Of a stretch of 64,000 bases of DNA, positions 18,749-28,673 are shown one piece after another. The position numbers were made by a program, and so were the translations under genes. The DNA is taken from assembly GCF_029227855.1 (NCBI RefSeq), contig NZ_CP074356.1; one strand, given 5' to 3'. The stretch comes from Escherichia coli (GTDB lineage: Bacteria > Pseudomonadota > Gammaproteobacteria > Enterobacterales > Enterobacteriaceae). Under the pieces are notes generated by a model. The model was not told where the DNA came from. It was given only the letters and a program-made list of their open reading frames with translations, and searched no databases. Position 1 is the first letter of the stretch. Each line of letters begins with the position of its first letter.

Positions 18749-19513
18749 TCACCCCTGCATCATCTCCAGCGGCACCGCCGAGCGAATCAAATGGTGGCCT
18801 TCCAGCTCGATATCGTGGAGATTCTTTTTCACGGTCCGCACATGATCGCGTGCTGCGCGCTGGGCGACGTGCGGCAGCCGCTGCAACACCGCGTTGTAGA
18901 TCCGCGCATGCTGGCGATCGATCTGCTTTTTTTGCTGTGGTCGATGGTAGAGATTATTTACGCTGGCAAACACTGAATTAAACATCAGATCGGTCAATGA
19001 TTGCAGCGTAAACACCAACACCTGATTGTGAGAAGCCTGACAAATGGCGAGATGGAAAGCGTGATCCAACTGCGCATGTTCGATCAGCGAAATCTCTTTG
19101 TTGTTCTCACTGGCGGCGAGCATTTTTTCATAACAGCGGGTTATCACAACAAAATCAGCCTGGGTTCCCAGCGTTGCCGCCAGCCTTGCCGATTCGCCCT
19201 CCAGCAATGCGCGAACGTCGAGCAGATCGTACAGCGTTCGCGGCTGCGTGCTGAACAGATGAATTAGCGGGCTGGTGTCCTGCACCCGATTAAGCCGTGC
19301 GACACGAGAATCGCGACCCTGCGCTGTTTCAATAATCCCGCGCCCGCGCAGCACGGTCAGCCCTTCACGCAGTGCGGAGCGTGAGAAGCCGAGCTTTTCA
19401 CACAGTCGACGTTCCGAGGGAAGCGGCTGACCGACCTTCAGTACGCCGTCGATAATTAACCGTTCGATACTCTCTGCAACCACTTCGCAAATAGGGCGAC
19501 GTTCATCTTTCAT
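18749..19513 (-). CDS. glcC: GlcC, GntR/FadR-family transcriptional activator of glc operon (254 aa)
   Basis: Track ORF trimmed to MKDERRPICEVVAESIERLI...; N-terminal winged-HTH; divergent from glcD. Confidence 0.9.
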   Translation of the reverse strand: MKDERRPICEVVAESIERLIIDGVLKVGQPLPSERRLCEKLGFSRSALREGLTVLRGRGIIETAQGRDSRVARLNRVQDTSPLIHLFSTQPRTLYDLLDVRALLEGESARLAATLGTQADFVVITRCYEKMLAASENNKEISLIEHAQLDHAFHLAICQASHNQVLVFTLQSLTDLMFNSVFASVNNLYHRPQQKKQIDRQHARIYNAVLQRLPHVAQRAARDHVRTVKKNLHDIELEGHHLIRSAVPLEMMQG

Positions 19514-19763
19514 TCCCGGACCTCGTGCACAGGTAGGACCAATTTTTCTGTTCTTAACTCGCAAAACACGCACATCACGTAAGTGATTATGTTACATCAA
19601 TTTAACATTAAGTTAACCAAGACAAGGTCACAGAGCTGGAAAAAAAATGGTCTGACCGGTAGCTAAAGAGATAGACGAAAACGAAAAGCCCGCTTAATAA
19701 CTGTTCACAGAAGCAGCGCGCAAAAATCAGCTGCCACACAACACAACAAAGCGAAGCCTACTC
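19514..19763. promoter_or_regulatory. glcC-glcD divergent promoter/operator region
   Basis: 250-bp intergenic region between divergent glcC and glcD starts; known architecture of glc locus; individual sites not mapped. Confidence 0.5.
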
Positions 19764-21263
19764 ATGAGCATCTTGTACGAAGAGCGTCTTGATGGCGCTT
19801 TACCCGATGTCGACCGCACATCGGTACTGATGGCACTGCGTGAGCATGTCCCTGGACTTGAGATCCTGCATACCGATGAGGAGATCATTCCTTATGAGTG
19901 TGACGGGTTGAGCGCGTATCGCACGCGTCCATTACTGGTTGTTCTGCCTAAGCAAATGGAACAGGTGACAGCGATTCTGGCTGTTTGTCACCGCCTGCGT
20001 GTATCGGTGGTGACCCGTGGTGCAGGCACCGGGCTTTCTGGTGGCGCGCTGCCGCTGGAAAAAGGTGTGTTGTTGGTGATGGCGCGCTTTAAAGAGATCC
20101 TCGACATTAACCCCGTTGGTCGCCGCGCGCGCGTGCAGCCGGGCGTGCGTAATCTGGCGATCTCCCAGGCCGTTGCGCCGCATAATCTCTATTACGCGCC
20201 GGATCCTTCCTCACAAATCGCCTGTTCAATTGGCGGCAATGTGGCGGAAAATGCCGGTGGCGTTCACTGCCTGAAATATGGTCTGACCGTACATAACCTG
20301 CTGAAAATTGAAGTGCAAACGCTGGACGGCGAGGCGCTGACGCTGGGATCGGATGCGCTGGATTCTCCTGGTTTTGACCTGCTGGCGCTGTTCACCGGAT
20401 CGGAAGGTATGCTCGGCGTGACCACCGAAGTGACGGTAAAACTGCTGCCGAAGCCGCCCGTGGCTCGGGTTCTGTTAGCCAGCTTTGACTCGGTAGAAAA
20501 AGCCGGACTTGCGGTTGGTGACATCATCGCCAATGGCATTATCCCCGGCGGGCTGGAGATGATGGATAACCTGTCGATCCGCGCAGCGGAAGATTTTATT
20601 CATGCCGGTTATCCCGTCGACGCCGAAGCGATTTTGTTATGCGAGCTGGACGGCGTGGAGTCTGACGTACAGGAAGACTGCGAGCGGGTTAACGACATCT
20701 TGTTGAAAGCGGGCGCGACTGACGTCCGTCTGGCACAGGACGAAGCAGAGCGCGTACGTTTCTGGGCCGGTCGCAAAAATGCGTTCCCGGCGGTAGGACG
20801 TATCTCCCCGGATTACTACTGCATGGATGGCACCATCCCGCGCCGCGCCCTGCCTGGCGTACTGGAAGGCATTGCCCGTTTATCGCAGCAATATGATTTA
20901 CGCGTTGCTAACGTCTTTCATGCCGGAGATGGCAACATGCACCCGTTAATCCTTTTCGATGCCAACGAACCCGGTGAATTTGCCCGCGCGGAAGAGCTGG
21001 GCGGGAAGATCCTCGAACTCTGCGTTGAAGTTGGCGGCAGCATCAGTGGGGAACATGGCATCGGGCGCGAAAAAATCAATCAAATGTGCGCCCAGTTCAA
21101 CAGCGATGAAATCACGACCTTCCATGCGGTCAAGGCGGCGTTTGACCCCGATGGTTTGCTGAACCCGGGGAAAAACATTCCCACGCTACACCGCTGTGCT
21201 GAATTTGGTGCCATGCATGTGCATCACGGTCATTTACCTTTCCCTGAACTGGAGCGTTTCTGA
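19764..21263 (+). CDS. glcD: Glycolate oxidase FAD-linked subunit GlcD (499 aa)
   Basis: FAD-binding PCMH-type domain, length and operon context. Confidence 0.92.
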   Translation: MSILYEERLDGALPDVDRTSVLMALREHVPGLEILHTDEEIIPYECDGLSAYRTRPLLVVLPKQMEQVTAILAVCHRLRVSVVTRGAGTGLSGGALPLEKGVLLVMARFKEILDINPVGRRARVQPGVRNLAISQAVAPHNLYYAPDPSSQIACSIGGNVAENAGGVHCLKYGLTVHNLLKIEVQTLDGEALTLGSDALDSPGFDLLALFTGSEGMLGVTTEVTVKLLPKPPVARVLLASFDSVEKAGLAVGDIIANGIIPGGLEMMDNLSIRAAEDFIHAGYPVDAEAILLCELDGVESDVQEDCERVNDILLKAGATDVRLAQDEAERVRFWAGRKNAFPAVGRISPDYYCMDGTIPRRALPGVLEGIARLSQQYDLRVANVFHAGDGNMHPLILFDANEPGEFARAEELGGKILELCVEVGGSISGEHGIGREKINQMCAQFNSDEITTFHAVKAAFDPDGLLNPGKNIPTLHRCAEFGAMHVHHGHLPFPELERF

Positions 21264-22315
21264 TGCTACGCGAGTGTGATTACAGCCAGGCGCTGCTGGA
21301 GCAGGTGAATCAGGCGATTAGCGATAAAACGCCGCTGGTGATTCAGGGCAGCAATAGCAAAGCCTTTTTAGGTCGTCCTGTCACCGGGCAAACGCTGGAT
21401 GTGCGTTGTCATCGCGGAATTGTTAATTACGACCCGACCGAGCTGGTGATAACCGCTCGTGCCGGAACGCCGCTGGTGGCGATTGAAGCGGCGCTGGAGA
21501 GCGCCGGGCAAATGCTCCCCTGCGAGCCGCCACATTATGGTGAAGAAGCTACCTGGGGCGGGATGGTCGCCTGCGGGCTGGCGGGGCCGCGTCGCCCGTG
21601 GAGCGGTTCGGTCCGCGATTTTGTCCTCGGCACGCGCATCATTACCGGCACTGGAAAACATCTGCGTTTTGGTGGCGAAGTGATGAAAAACGTTGCCGGA
21701 TACGATCTCTCACGGTTAATGGCCGGAAGCTACGGTTGTCTGGGTGTGCTCACTGAAATCTCGATGAAAGTGTTACCGCGACCACGCGCCACCCTGAGCC
21801 TGCGTCGGGAAATCAGCCTGCAAGAAGCTATGAACGAAATCGCCCAGTGGCAACTCCAGCCATTACCCATTAGTGGCTTATGTTACTTCGACAATGCGTT
21901 GTGGATCCGCCTTGAGGGCGGCGAAGGATCGGTAAAAGCAGCGCGTGAACTGCTGGGTGGCGAAGAGGTTGCGGGTCAGTTCTGGCAGAAATTGCGTGAA
22001 CAACAACTGCCGTTCTTCTCGTTACCAGGTACCTTATGGCGCATTTCCTTACCCTGCGATGCGCCGATGATGGATTTACCCGGCGAGCAACTGATCGACT
22101 GGGGCGGGGCGTTACGCTGGCTGAAATCGACAGCCGAGGACAATCAAATCCATCGCATCGCCCGCAACGCTGGCGGTCATGCGACCCGCTTTAGTGCCGG
22201 AGATGGTGGCTTTGCCCCGCTATCGGCTCCTTTATTCCGCTATCACCAGCAGCTTAAACAGCAGCTCGACCCTTGCGGCGTGTTTAATCCCGGTCGCATG
22301 TACGCGGAGCTTTAA
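21263..22315 (+). CDS. glcE: Glycolate oxidase FAD-binding subunit GlcE (350 aa)
   Basis: Start overlaps glcD stop; FAD-binding domain protein; operon position. Confidence 0.92.
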   Translation: MLRECDYSQALLEQVNQAISDKTPLVIQGSNSKAFLGRPVTGQTLDVRCHRGIVNYDPTELVITARAGTPLVAIEAALESAGQMLPCEPPHYGEEATWGGMVACGLAGPRRPWSGSVRDFVLGTRIITGTGKHLRFGGEVMKNVAGYDLSRLMAGSYGCLGVLTEISMKVLPRPRATLSLRREISLQEAMNEIAQWQLQPLPISGLCYFDNALWIRLEGGEGSVKAARELLGGEEVAGQFWQKLREQQLPFFSLPGTLWRISLPCDAPMMDLPGEQLIDWGGALRWLKSTAEDNQIHRIARNAGGHATRFSAGDGGFAPLSAPLFRYHQQLKQQLDPCGVFNPGRMYAEL

Positions 22316-22325
22316 GGAGCAGGCT

Positions 22326-23549
22326 ATGCAAACCCAATTAACCGAAGAGATGCGGCAGAACGCGCGGGCGCTGGAAGCCGACAGCATCCTGCGCGCCTGT
22401 GTTCACTGCGGATTTTGTACCGCAACCTGCCCAACCTATCAGCTCCTGGGCGATGAACTGGACGGGCCGCGCGGGCGCATCTATCTGATTAAACAGGTGC
22501 TGGAAGGTAACGAAGTCACGCTTAAAACACAGGAGCATCTCGATCGCTGTCTCACTTGCCGCAATTGTGAAACCACCTGTCCTTCTGGTGTGCGCTATCA
22601 CAATTTGCTGGATATCGGGCGTGATATTGTCGAGCAGAAAGTGAAACGCCCACTGCCGGAGCGAATGCTGCGCGAAGGATTGCGCCAGGTAGTGCCGCGT
22701 CCGGCGGTCTTCCGTGCGCTGACGCAGGTAGGGCTGGTGCTGCGACCGTTTTTACCGGAACAGGTCAGAGCAAAACTGCCTGCTGAAACCGTGAAAGCTA
22801 AACCGCGTCCACCGCTGCGCCATAAGCGTCGGGTTTTAATGCTGGAAGGCTGCGCCCAGCCTACGCTTTCGCCCAACACCAACGCGGCAACTGCGCGATT
22901 GCTGGATCGTCTGGGGATCAGCGTCATGCCAGCTAACGAAGCAGGCTGTTGTGGCGCGGTGGACTATCATCTTAATGCGCAAGAGAAAGGGCTGGCACGG
23001 GCGCGCAATAATATTGATGCCTGGTGGCCCGCGATTGAAGCAGGTGTCGAGGCAATTTTGCAAACCGCCAGCGGTTGTGGCGCGTTCGTCAAAGAGTATG
23101 GGCAGATGCTGAAAAACGATGCGTTGTATGCCGATAAAGCGCGTCAGGTCAGTGAACTGGCGGTCGATTTAGTCGAACTTCTGCGCAAGGAACCGCTGGA
23201 AAAACTGGCAATTCGCGGCGATAAAAAACTGGCCTTCCACTGCCCGTGTACCCTGCAACATGCGCAAAAGCTGAACGGCGAAGTGGAAAAAGTGTTACTT
23301 CGTCTTGGATTTACCTTAACGGACGTTCCCGACAGCCATCTGTGCTGCGGTTCTGCGGGAACATATGCGTTAACGCATCCCGATCTGGCGCGCCAGCTGC
23401 GGGATAACAAAATGAATGCGCTGGAAAGCGGCAAACCGGAAATGATCGTCACCGCCAACATTGGTTGCCAGACGCATCTGGCGAGCGCCGGTCGTACCTC
23501 TGTGCGTCACTGGATTGAAATTGTAGAACAAGCCCTTGAAAAGGAATAA
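22326..23549 (+). CDS. glcF: Glycolate oxidase iron-sulfur subunit GlcF (407 aa)
   Basis: Track ORF trimmed to MQTQLTEEMRQ; two 4Fe-4S ferredoxin Cys clusters CxxCxxCxxxCP (CVHCGFCTATCP and CLTCRNCETTCP); C-terminal CCG-type cysteine-rich regions. Confidence 0.9.
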   Translation: MQTQLTEEMRQNARALEADSILRACVHCGFCTATCPTYQLLGDELDGPRGRIYLIKQVLEGNEVTLKTQEHLDRCLTCRNCETTCPSGVRYHNLLDIGRDIVEQKVKRPLPERMLREGLRQVVPRPAVFRALTQVGLVLRPFLPEQVRAKLPAETVKAKPRPPLRHKRRVLMLEGCAQPTLSPNTNAATARLLDRLGISVMPANEAGCCGAVDYHLNAQEKGLARARNNIDAWWPAIEAGVEAILQTASGCGAFVKEYGQMLKNDALYADKARQVSELAVDLVELLRKEPLEKLAIRGDKKLAFHCPCTLQHAQKLNGEVEKVLLRLGFTLTDVPDSHLCCGSAGTYALTHPDLARQLRDNKMNALESGKPEMIVTANIGCQTHLASAGRTSVRHWIEIVEQALEKE

Positions 23550-23553
23550 CAAA

Positions 23554-23958
23554 ATGAAAACTAAAGTCATTCTTAGCCAGCAAATGGCGAGTGCAATTAT
23601 TGCCGCAGGTCAGGAAGAGGCGCAGAAAAATAACTGGTCTGTTTCCATTGCTGTTGCCGATGACGGCGGTCATCTGCTGGCGTTAAGTCGCATGGACGAT
23701 TGCGCGCCGATTGCGGCTTACATCTCCCAGGAGAAAGCGCGTACCGCCGCGCTGGGGCGTCGTGAAACTAAGGGCTATGAAGAGATGGTGAACAACGGAC
23801 GTACCGCGTTCGTGACTGCGCCGTTATTAACGTCGCTGGAAGGCGGCGTACCGGTTGTTGTTGATGGGCAAATTATTGGTGCCGTGGGCGTTTCTGGTTT
23901 AACCGGAGCACAGGATGCGCAGGTCGCGAAAGCGGCAGCAGCGGTGTTGGCGAAATAA
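23554..23958 (+). CDS. glcG: GlcG (134 aa), heme-binding-like protein of glc operon
   Basis: Track ORF trimmed to MKTKVILSQQ; size and position between glcF and glcB. Confidence 0.88.
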   Translation: MKTKVILSQQMASAIIAAGQEEAQKNNWSVSIAVADDGGHLLALSRMDDCAPIAAYISQEKARTAALGRRETKGYEEMVNNGRTAFVTAPLLTSLEGGVPVVVDGQIIGAVGVSGLTGAQDAQVAKAAAAVLAK

Positions 23959-23979
23959 GCGAAAACGAGGAGATAAATA

Positions 23980-26151
23980 ATGAGTGAAACCATAACCCAG
24001 GGCCGTTTACGCATTGACGCCAATTTTAAACGTTTTGTGGATGAAGAAGTTTTGCCGGGCGTGGAACTGGATGCTGCGGCGTTCTGGCGCAATTTTGATG
24101 AAATCGTTCACGATCTGGCACCAGAAAATCGTCAGTTGCTGGCAGAACGCGATCGCATTCAGGCGGCGCTTGATGAGTGGCATCGCAGCAATCCGGGGCC
24201 GGTAAAAGATAAAGCGGCCTATAAATCTTTCCTGCGTGAACTGGGCTACCTGGTGCCGCAACCGGAGCGCGTGACGGTGGAAACCACGGGCATTGACAGC
24301 GAAATCACCAGTCAGGCGGGGCCACAGCTGGTGGTTCCGGCAATGAACGCCCGCTACGCGCTGAACGCGGCGAACGCTCGCTGGGGCTCACTGTACGATG
24401 CGTTATACGGCAGCGACATCATCCCGCAGGAAGGGGCGATGGTCAGCGGCTACGATCCGCAACGCGGTGAGCAGGTTATCGCCTGGGTTCGGCGTTTCCT
24501 CGATGAATCTCTACCGCTGGAAAACGGCAGCTATCAGGATGTGGTGGCGTTTAAGGTGGTCGATAAACAATTACGCATCCAGTTGAAAAATGGTAAAGAA
24601 ACCACGTTACGTACCCTGGCGCAGTTTGTCGGTTACCGTGGCGATGCCGCTGCGCCGACCTGCATTTTGCTGAAAAATAACGGCCTGCATATTGAGCTGC
24701 AAATTGATGCCAACGGACGGATTGGCAAAGACGATCCGGCGCACATCAACGATGTTATCGTCGAAGCTGCCATCAGTACCATTCTCGACTGCGAAGATTC
24801 GGTCGCGGCGGTTGATGCGGAAGATAAAATCCTGCTGTACCGCAATCTGCTGGGCCTGATGCAGGGGACTCTGCAAGAGAAAATGGAGAAAAACGGTCGA
24901 CAAATCGTGCGTAAACTGAATGACGATCGTCATTACACCGCCGCCGATGGCTCTGAAATTTCTCTGCACGGACGCTCGCTGCTGTTTATCCGCAACGTGG
25001 GTCATTTGATGACCATTCCTGTGATTTGGGACAGCGAAGGCAATGAAATCCCGGAAGGCATTCTTGATGGCGTCATGACTGGCGCGATTGCCCTCTATGA
25101 TTTAAAAGTGCAGAAAAACTCGCGCACTGGCAGCGTCTATATTGTGAAACCGAAAATGCACAGTCCGCAGGAAGTGGCGTTCGCCAACAAACTGTTTACC
25201 CGCGTTGAGACAATGCTCGGTATGGCACCGAATACCCTGAAAATGGGCATTATGGATGAAGAACGCCGAACCTCGCTGAACTTGCGTAGCTGTATCGCTC
25301 AGGCGCGCAACCGCGTGGCGTTCATCAATACCGGTTTCCTCGACCGTACCGGCGATGAAATGCATTCGGTGATGGAAGCGGGCCCGATGCTGCGTAAAAA
25401 CCAGATGAAATCGACGCCGTGGATCAAAGCCTACGAGCGTAATAACGTGCTTTCCGGTCTGTTCTGTGGGCTGCGTGGCAAAGCGCAAATCGGTAAAGGC
25501 ATGTGGGCAATGCCGGATCTGATGGCAGACATGTACAGCCAGAAGGGCGACCAACTGCGTGCCGGGGCAAACACGGCCTGGGTTCCGTCGCCAACTGCCG
25601 CTACGCTCCATGCGCTGCACTACCACCAAACCAACGTACAGAGCGTGCAGGCCAACATTGCCCAGAGCGAGTTCAATGCTGAATTTGAACCGCTGCTGGA
25701 CGATCTGCTGACTATTCCGGTGGCTGAAAACGCTAACTGGTCGGTGGAAGAGATCCAACAAGAGCTGGATAACAACGTGCAGGGGATTCTGGGGTACGTG
25801 GTGCGTTGGGTGGAGCAGGGGATTGGTTGTTCAAAAGTGCCGGATATTCACAACGTGGCGCTGATGGAAGACCGCGCAACGCTGCGCATCTCCAGCCAGC
25901 ATATCGCCAACTGGTTACGTCACGGCATTCTGACCAAAGAACAGGTGCAGGCGTCGCTGGAGAATATGGCGAAAGTGGTTGATCAGCAAAACGCTGGCGA
26001 TCCGGCTTATCGTCCGATGGCGGGGAATTTCGCTAACTCGTGTGCTTTTAAAGCTGCCAGCGATTTAATTTTCCTCGGCGTGAAACAGCCAAACGGTTAT
26101 ACCGAACCGTTATTACACGCCTGGCGTTTACGCGAAAAAGAAAGTCATTAA
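23980..26151 (+). CDS. glcB: Malate synthase G (723 aa)
   Basis: Length 723 aa; N-terminus [27 protein letters not shown]; operon position. Confidence 0.95.
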   Translation: MSETITQGRLRIDANFKRFVDEEVLPGVELDAAAFWRNFDEIVHDLAPENRQLLAERDRIQAALDEWHRSNPGPVKDKAAYKSFLRELGYLVPQPERVTVETTGIDSEITSQAGPQLVVPAMNARYALNAANARWGSLYDALYGSDIIPQEGAMVSGYDPQRGEQVIAWVRRFLDESLPLENGSYQDVVAFKVVDKQLRIQLKNGKETTLRTLAQFVGYRGDAAAPTCILLKNNGLHIELQIDANGRIGKDDPAHINDVIVEAAISTILDCEDSVAAVDAEDKILLYRNLLGLMQGTLQEKMEKNGRQIVRKLNDDRHYTAADGSEISLHGRSLLFIRNVGHLMTIPVIWDSEGNEIPEGILDGVMTGAIALYDLKVQKNSRTGSVYIVKPKMHSPQEVAFANKLFTRVETMLGMAPNTLKMGIMDEERRTSLNLRSCIAQARNRVAFINTGFLDRTGDEMHSVMEAGPMLRKNQMKSTPWIKAYERNNVLSGLFCGLRGKAQIGKGMWAMPDLMADMYSQKGDQLRAGANTAWVPSPTAATLHALHYHQTNVQSVQANIAQSEFNAEFEPLLDDLLTIPVAENANWSVEEIQQELDNNVQGILGYVVRWVEQGIGCSKVPDIHNVALMEDRATLRISSQHIANWLRHGILTKEQVQASLENMAKVVDQQNAGDPAYRPMAGNFANSCAFKAASDLIFLGVKQPNGYTEPLLHAWRLREKESH

Positions 26152-26505
26152 TAGCGTCAAAAAAGCCCCGGCAAGTTTTATTGTCGGGGCTATGATAGTA
26201 ACTGCGGTAGTACATTTATCCCGGAAATAACCGGAGCGATTATCAGGGTTTAACAATATTAAATACCCGTAGCGCATTACTAGCGGGCCTAAAACAACAA
26301 TATGGACATCTTAACGATATTCTGCGCCTGCGTGTGCGGAACAGAAACCCTTACCCGATATACTTGTTATGCCAGAGGTAGCAATTGCGTTAGCAGCGTA
26401 CTGTTGCTGTAAAGTATAACGCCTATATTTTACAGTTCAGTCCTCTTTTGCTTATTACAACCTTAAGTATATCAAGCATATAAAGATAATAAGAGACTGA
26501 ACAAT

Positions 26506-28188
26506 ATGGTTACCTGGACCCAAATGTATATGCCGATGGGAGGACTGGGGCTATCCGCTCTGGTCGCCCTGATCCCGATAATATTCTTCTTCGTTGCACT
26601 CTCGGTATTACGTCTGAAAGGACATGTCGCTGGAGCAATAACCCTTATATTATCTATCCTGATTGCAATATTCGCCTTTAAAATGCCGATTGATATGGCA
26701 TTTGCTGCTGCGGGCTATGGCTTTATTTATGGATTATGGCCTATTGCGTGGATTATTGTTGCGGCGGTATTCCTGTATAAATTAACCGTTGCCAGCGGTC
26801 AGTTCGATATTATCCGCAGCTCGGTTATCTCCATCACTGACGATCAGCGTTTGCAGGTGTTACTGATTGGTTTCTCCTTTGGCGCATTGCTGGAAGGGGC
26901 GGCTGGCTTTGGTGCGCCGGTGGCGATTACTGGTGCTCTGCTGGTGGGCCTGGGCTTCAAACCGTTATACGCGGCGGGGCTGTGTCTGATTGCCAACACT
27001 GCGCCGGTGGCGTTTGGTGCGTTGGGCGTGCCGATTCTGGTCGCCGGTCAGGTAACGGGAATCGATCCGTTCCACATTGGCGCAATGGCGGGACGTCAGT
27101 TACCGTTCCTGTCGGTTCTTGTGCCGTTCTGGCTGGTAGCAATGATGGACGGCTGGAAAGGGGTGAAAGAGACGTGGCCAGCGGCGCTGGTTGCTGGGGG
27201 AAGCTTCGCTGTCACGCAGTTCTTTACCTCTAACTATATTGGTCCGGAACTGCCGGATATTACTTCGGCGCTGGTGAGTATCGTCTCACTCGCTTTATTC
27301 CTTAAAGTCTGGCGGCCGAAAAATACCGAAACGGCAATCAGCATGGGACAATCCGCAGGTGCGATGGTGGTGAATAAACCACCTTCTGGCGGTCCCGTGC
27401 CTTCAGAATATAGTCTGGGGCAAATCATTCGTGCGTGGTCACCGTTTTTAATCTTAACGGTGCTGGTCACCATCTGGACCATGAAGCCGTTTAAAGCGTT
27501 ATTTGCTCCGGGCGGCGCGTTTTATTCACTGGTGATTAATTTCCAGATCCCTCATTTGCATCAACAAGTGTTGAAAGCGGCACCCATTGTCGCCCAACCA
27601 ACGCCAATGGATGCGGTGTTTAAATTCGACCCTCTCTCGGCTGGCGGCACTGCTATTTTTATTGCGGCGATTATCTCTATCTTCATCCTCGGCGTGGGCA
27701 TCAAGAAAGGGATTGGCGTCTTTGCCGAAACGCTAATTAGTCTGAAGTGGCCGATATTGTCGATTGGCATGGTGCTGGCGTTCGCCTTCGTCACCAACTA
27801 TTCCGGTATGTCCACCACGCTGGCGCTGGTACTGGCAGGTACAGGCGTGATGTTCCCGTTCTTTTCGCCATTCCTCGGCTGGCTGGGGGTATTCCTTACC
27901 GGCTCGGACACTTCCTCTAACGCCCTGTTTGGTTCACTGCAATCGACCACGGCGCAGCAAATCAACGTCTCTGACACTCTGCTGGTGGCAGCAAACACCA
28001 GCGGCGGCGTAACTGGCAAGATGATCTCCCCGCAATCTATCGCCGTGGCCTGCGCCGCGACGGGCATGGTGGGCCGGGAATCTGAACTGTTCCGCTACAC
28101 CGTGAAGCACAGTCTGATTTTTGCCAGCGTTATCGGCATTATCACGCTGTTGCAGGCGTATGTGTTTACTGGGATGTTAGTCTCGTAA
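26506..28188 (+). CDS. glcA: Glycolate/lactate permease GlcA (560 aa)
   Basis: LctP-family polytopic transporter, 560 aa, downstream of glcB. Confidence 0.92.
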   Translation: MVTWTQMYMPMGGLGLSALVALIPIIFFFVALSVLRLKGHVAGAITLILSILIAIFAFKMPIDMAFAAAGYGFIYGLWPIAWIIVAAVFLYKLTVASGQFDIIRSSVISITDDQRLQVLLIGFSFGALLEGAAGFGAPVAITGALLVGLGFKPLYAAGLCLIANTAPVAFGALGVPILVAGQVTGIDPFHIGAMAGRQLPFLSVLVPFWLVAMMDGWKGVKETWPAALVAGGSFAVTQFFTSNYIGPELPDITSALVSIVSLALFLKVWRPKNTETAISMGQSAGAMVVNKPPSGGPVPSEYSLGQIIRAWSPFLILTVLVTIWTMKPFKALFAPGGAFYSLVINFQIPHLHQQVLKAAPIVAQPTPMDAVFKFDPLSAGGTAIFIAAIISIFILGVGIKKGIGVFAETLISLKWPILSIGMVLAFAFVTNYSGMSTTLALVLAGTGVMFPFFSPFLGWLGVFLTGSDTSSNALFGSLQSTTAQQINVSDTLLVAANTSGGVTGKMISPQSIAVACAATGMVGRESELFRYTVKHSLIFASVIGIITLLQAYVFTGMLVS

Positions 28189-28197
28189 ATCAATAAT

Positions 28198-28226
28198 GCC
28201 GGATGATCGTTAATATCATCCGGCTT
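28198..28226 (+). terminator. Stem-loop after glcA (probable terminator)
   Basis: gccggatgat...atcatccggc inverted repeat directly after glcA stop followed by T-containing tract. Confidence 0.45.
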
Positions 28227-28673
28227 CATTTACATTATTCTGTCTTATTAATGGGAAATCATTTCCTGCTTTATTATCCATGAAATAATAATATTTTGCG
28301 TTCAGATAACCTGCTAAATAATTAAGAGCGTGAGAACATCTGTTTTTTTATCACGCAAAACAAGCCTGTATTAATTATGTTCGCTTGATGAGCAAACACC
28401 GTTCTATCTGTTGCTTTTGCAATCTTAATCGTTAAAACTACCAACAAATTTATATAGTTACGTTGTGAAAGATTGTTAATTTTTTGTTTATTGAAATTCC
28501 GTAAAAATAACCAGACAGACATCAAATAGGGGTTGTTCTTATAAATTTCACCTGTTTTTCTATCAGTGATGCCGTTTTCTTAAGAATGGAGGAAGTTATT
28601 AGAGAAGATAAAACATAAAACTATTTCTCCCAGTTACGAATTTTTTAACATTGTTTTGTCACTTGCGTTATTA

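Noticed and set aside
18749-19573. Extended 274-aa form of GlcC from the upstream start
   Set aside because: The extra 20 N-terminal residues are not part of the GlcC sequence as I recall it; the internal ATG giving 254 aa (MKDERRP...) was preferred.
25102-25761. 219-aa minus-strand ORF inside glcB
   Set aside because: Antisense overlap with malate synthase G; no supporting signals.
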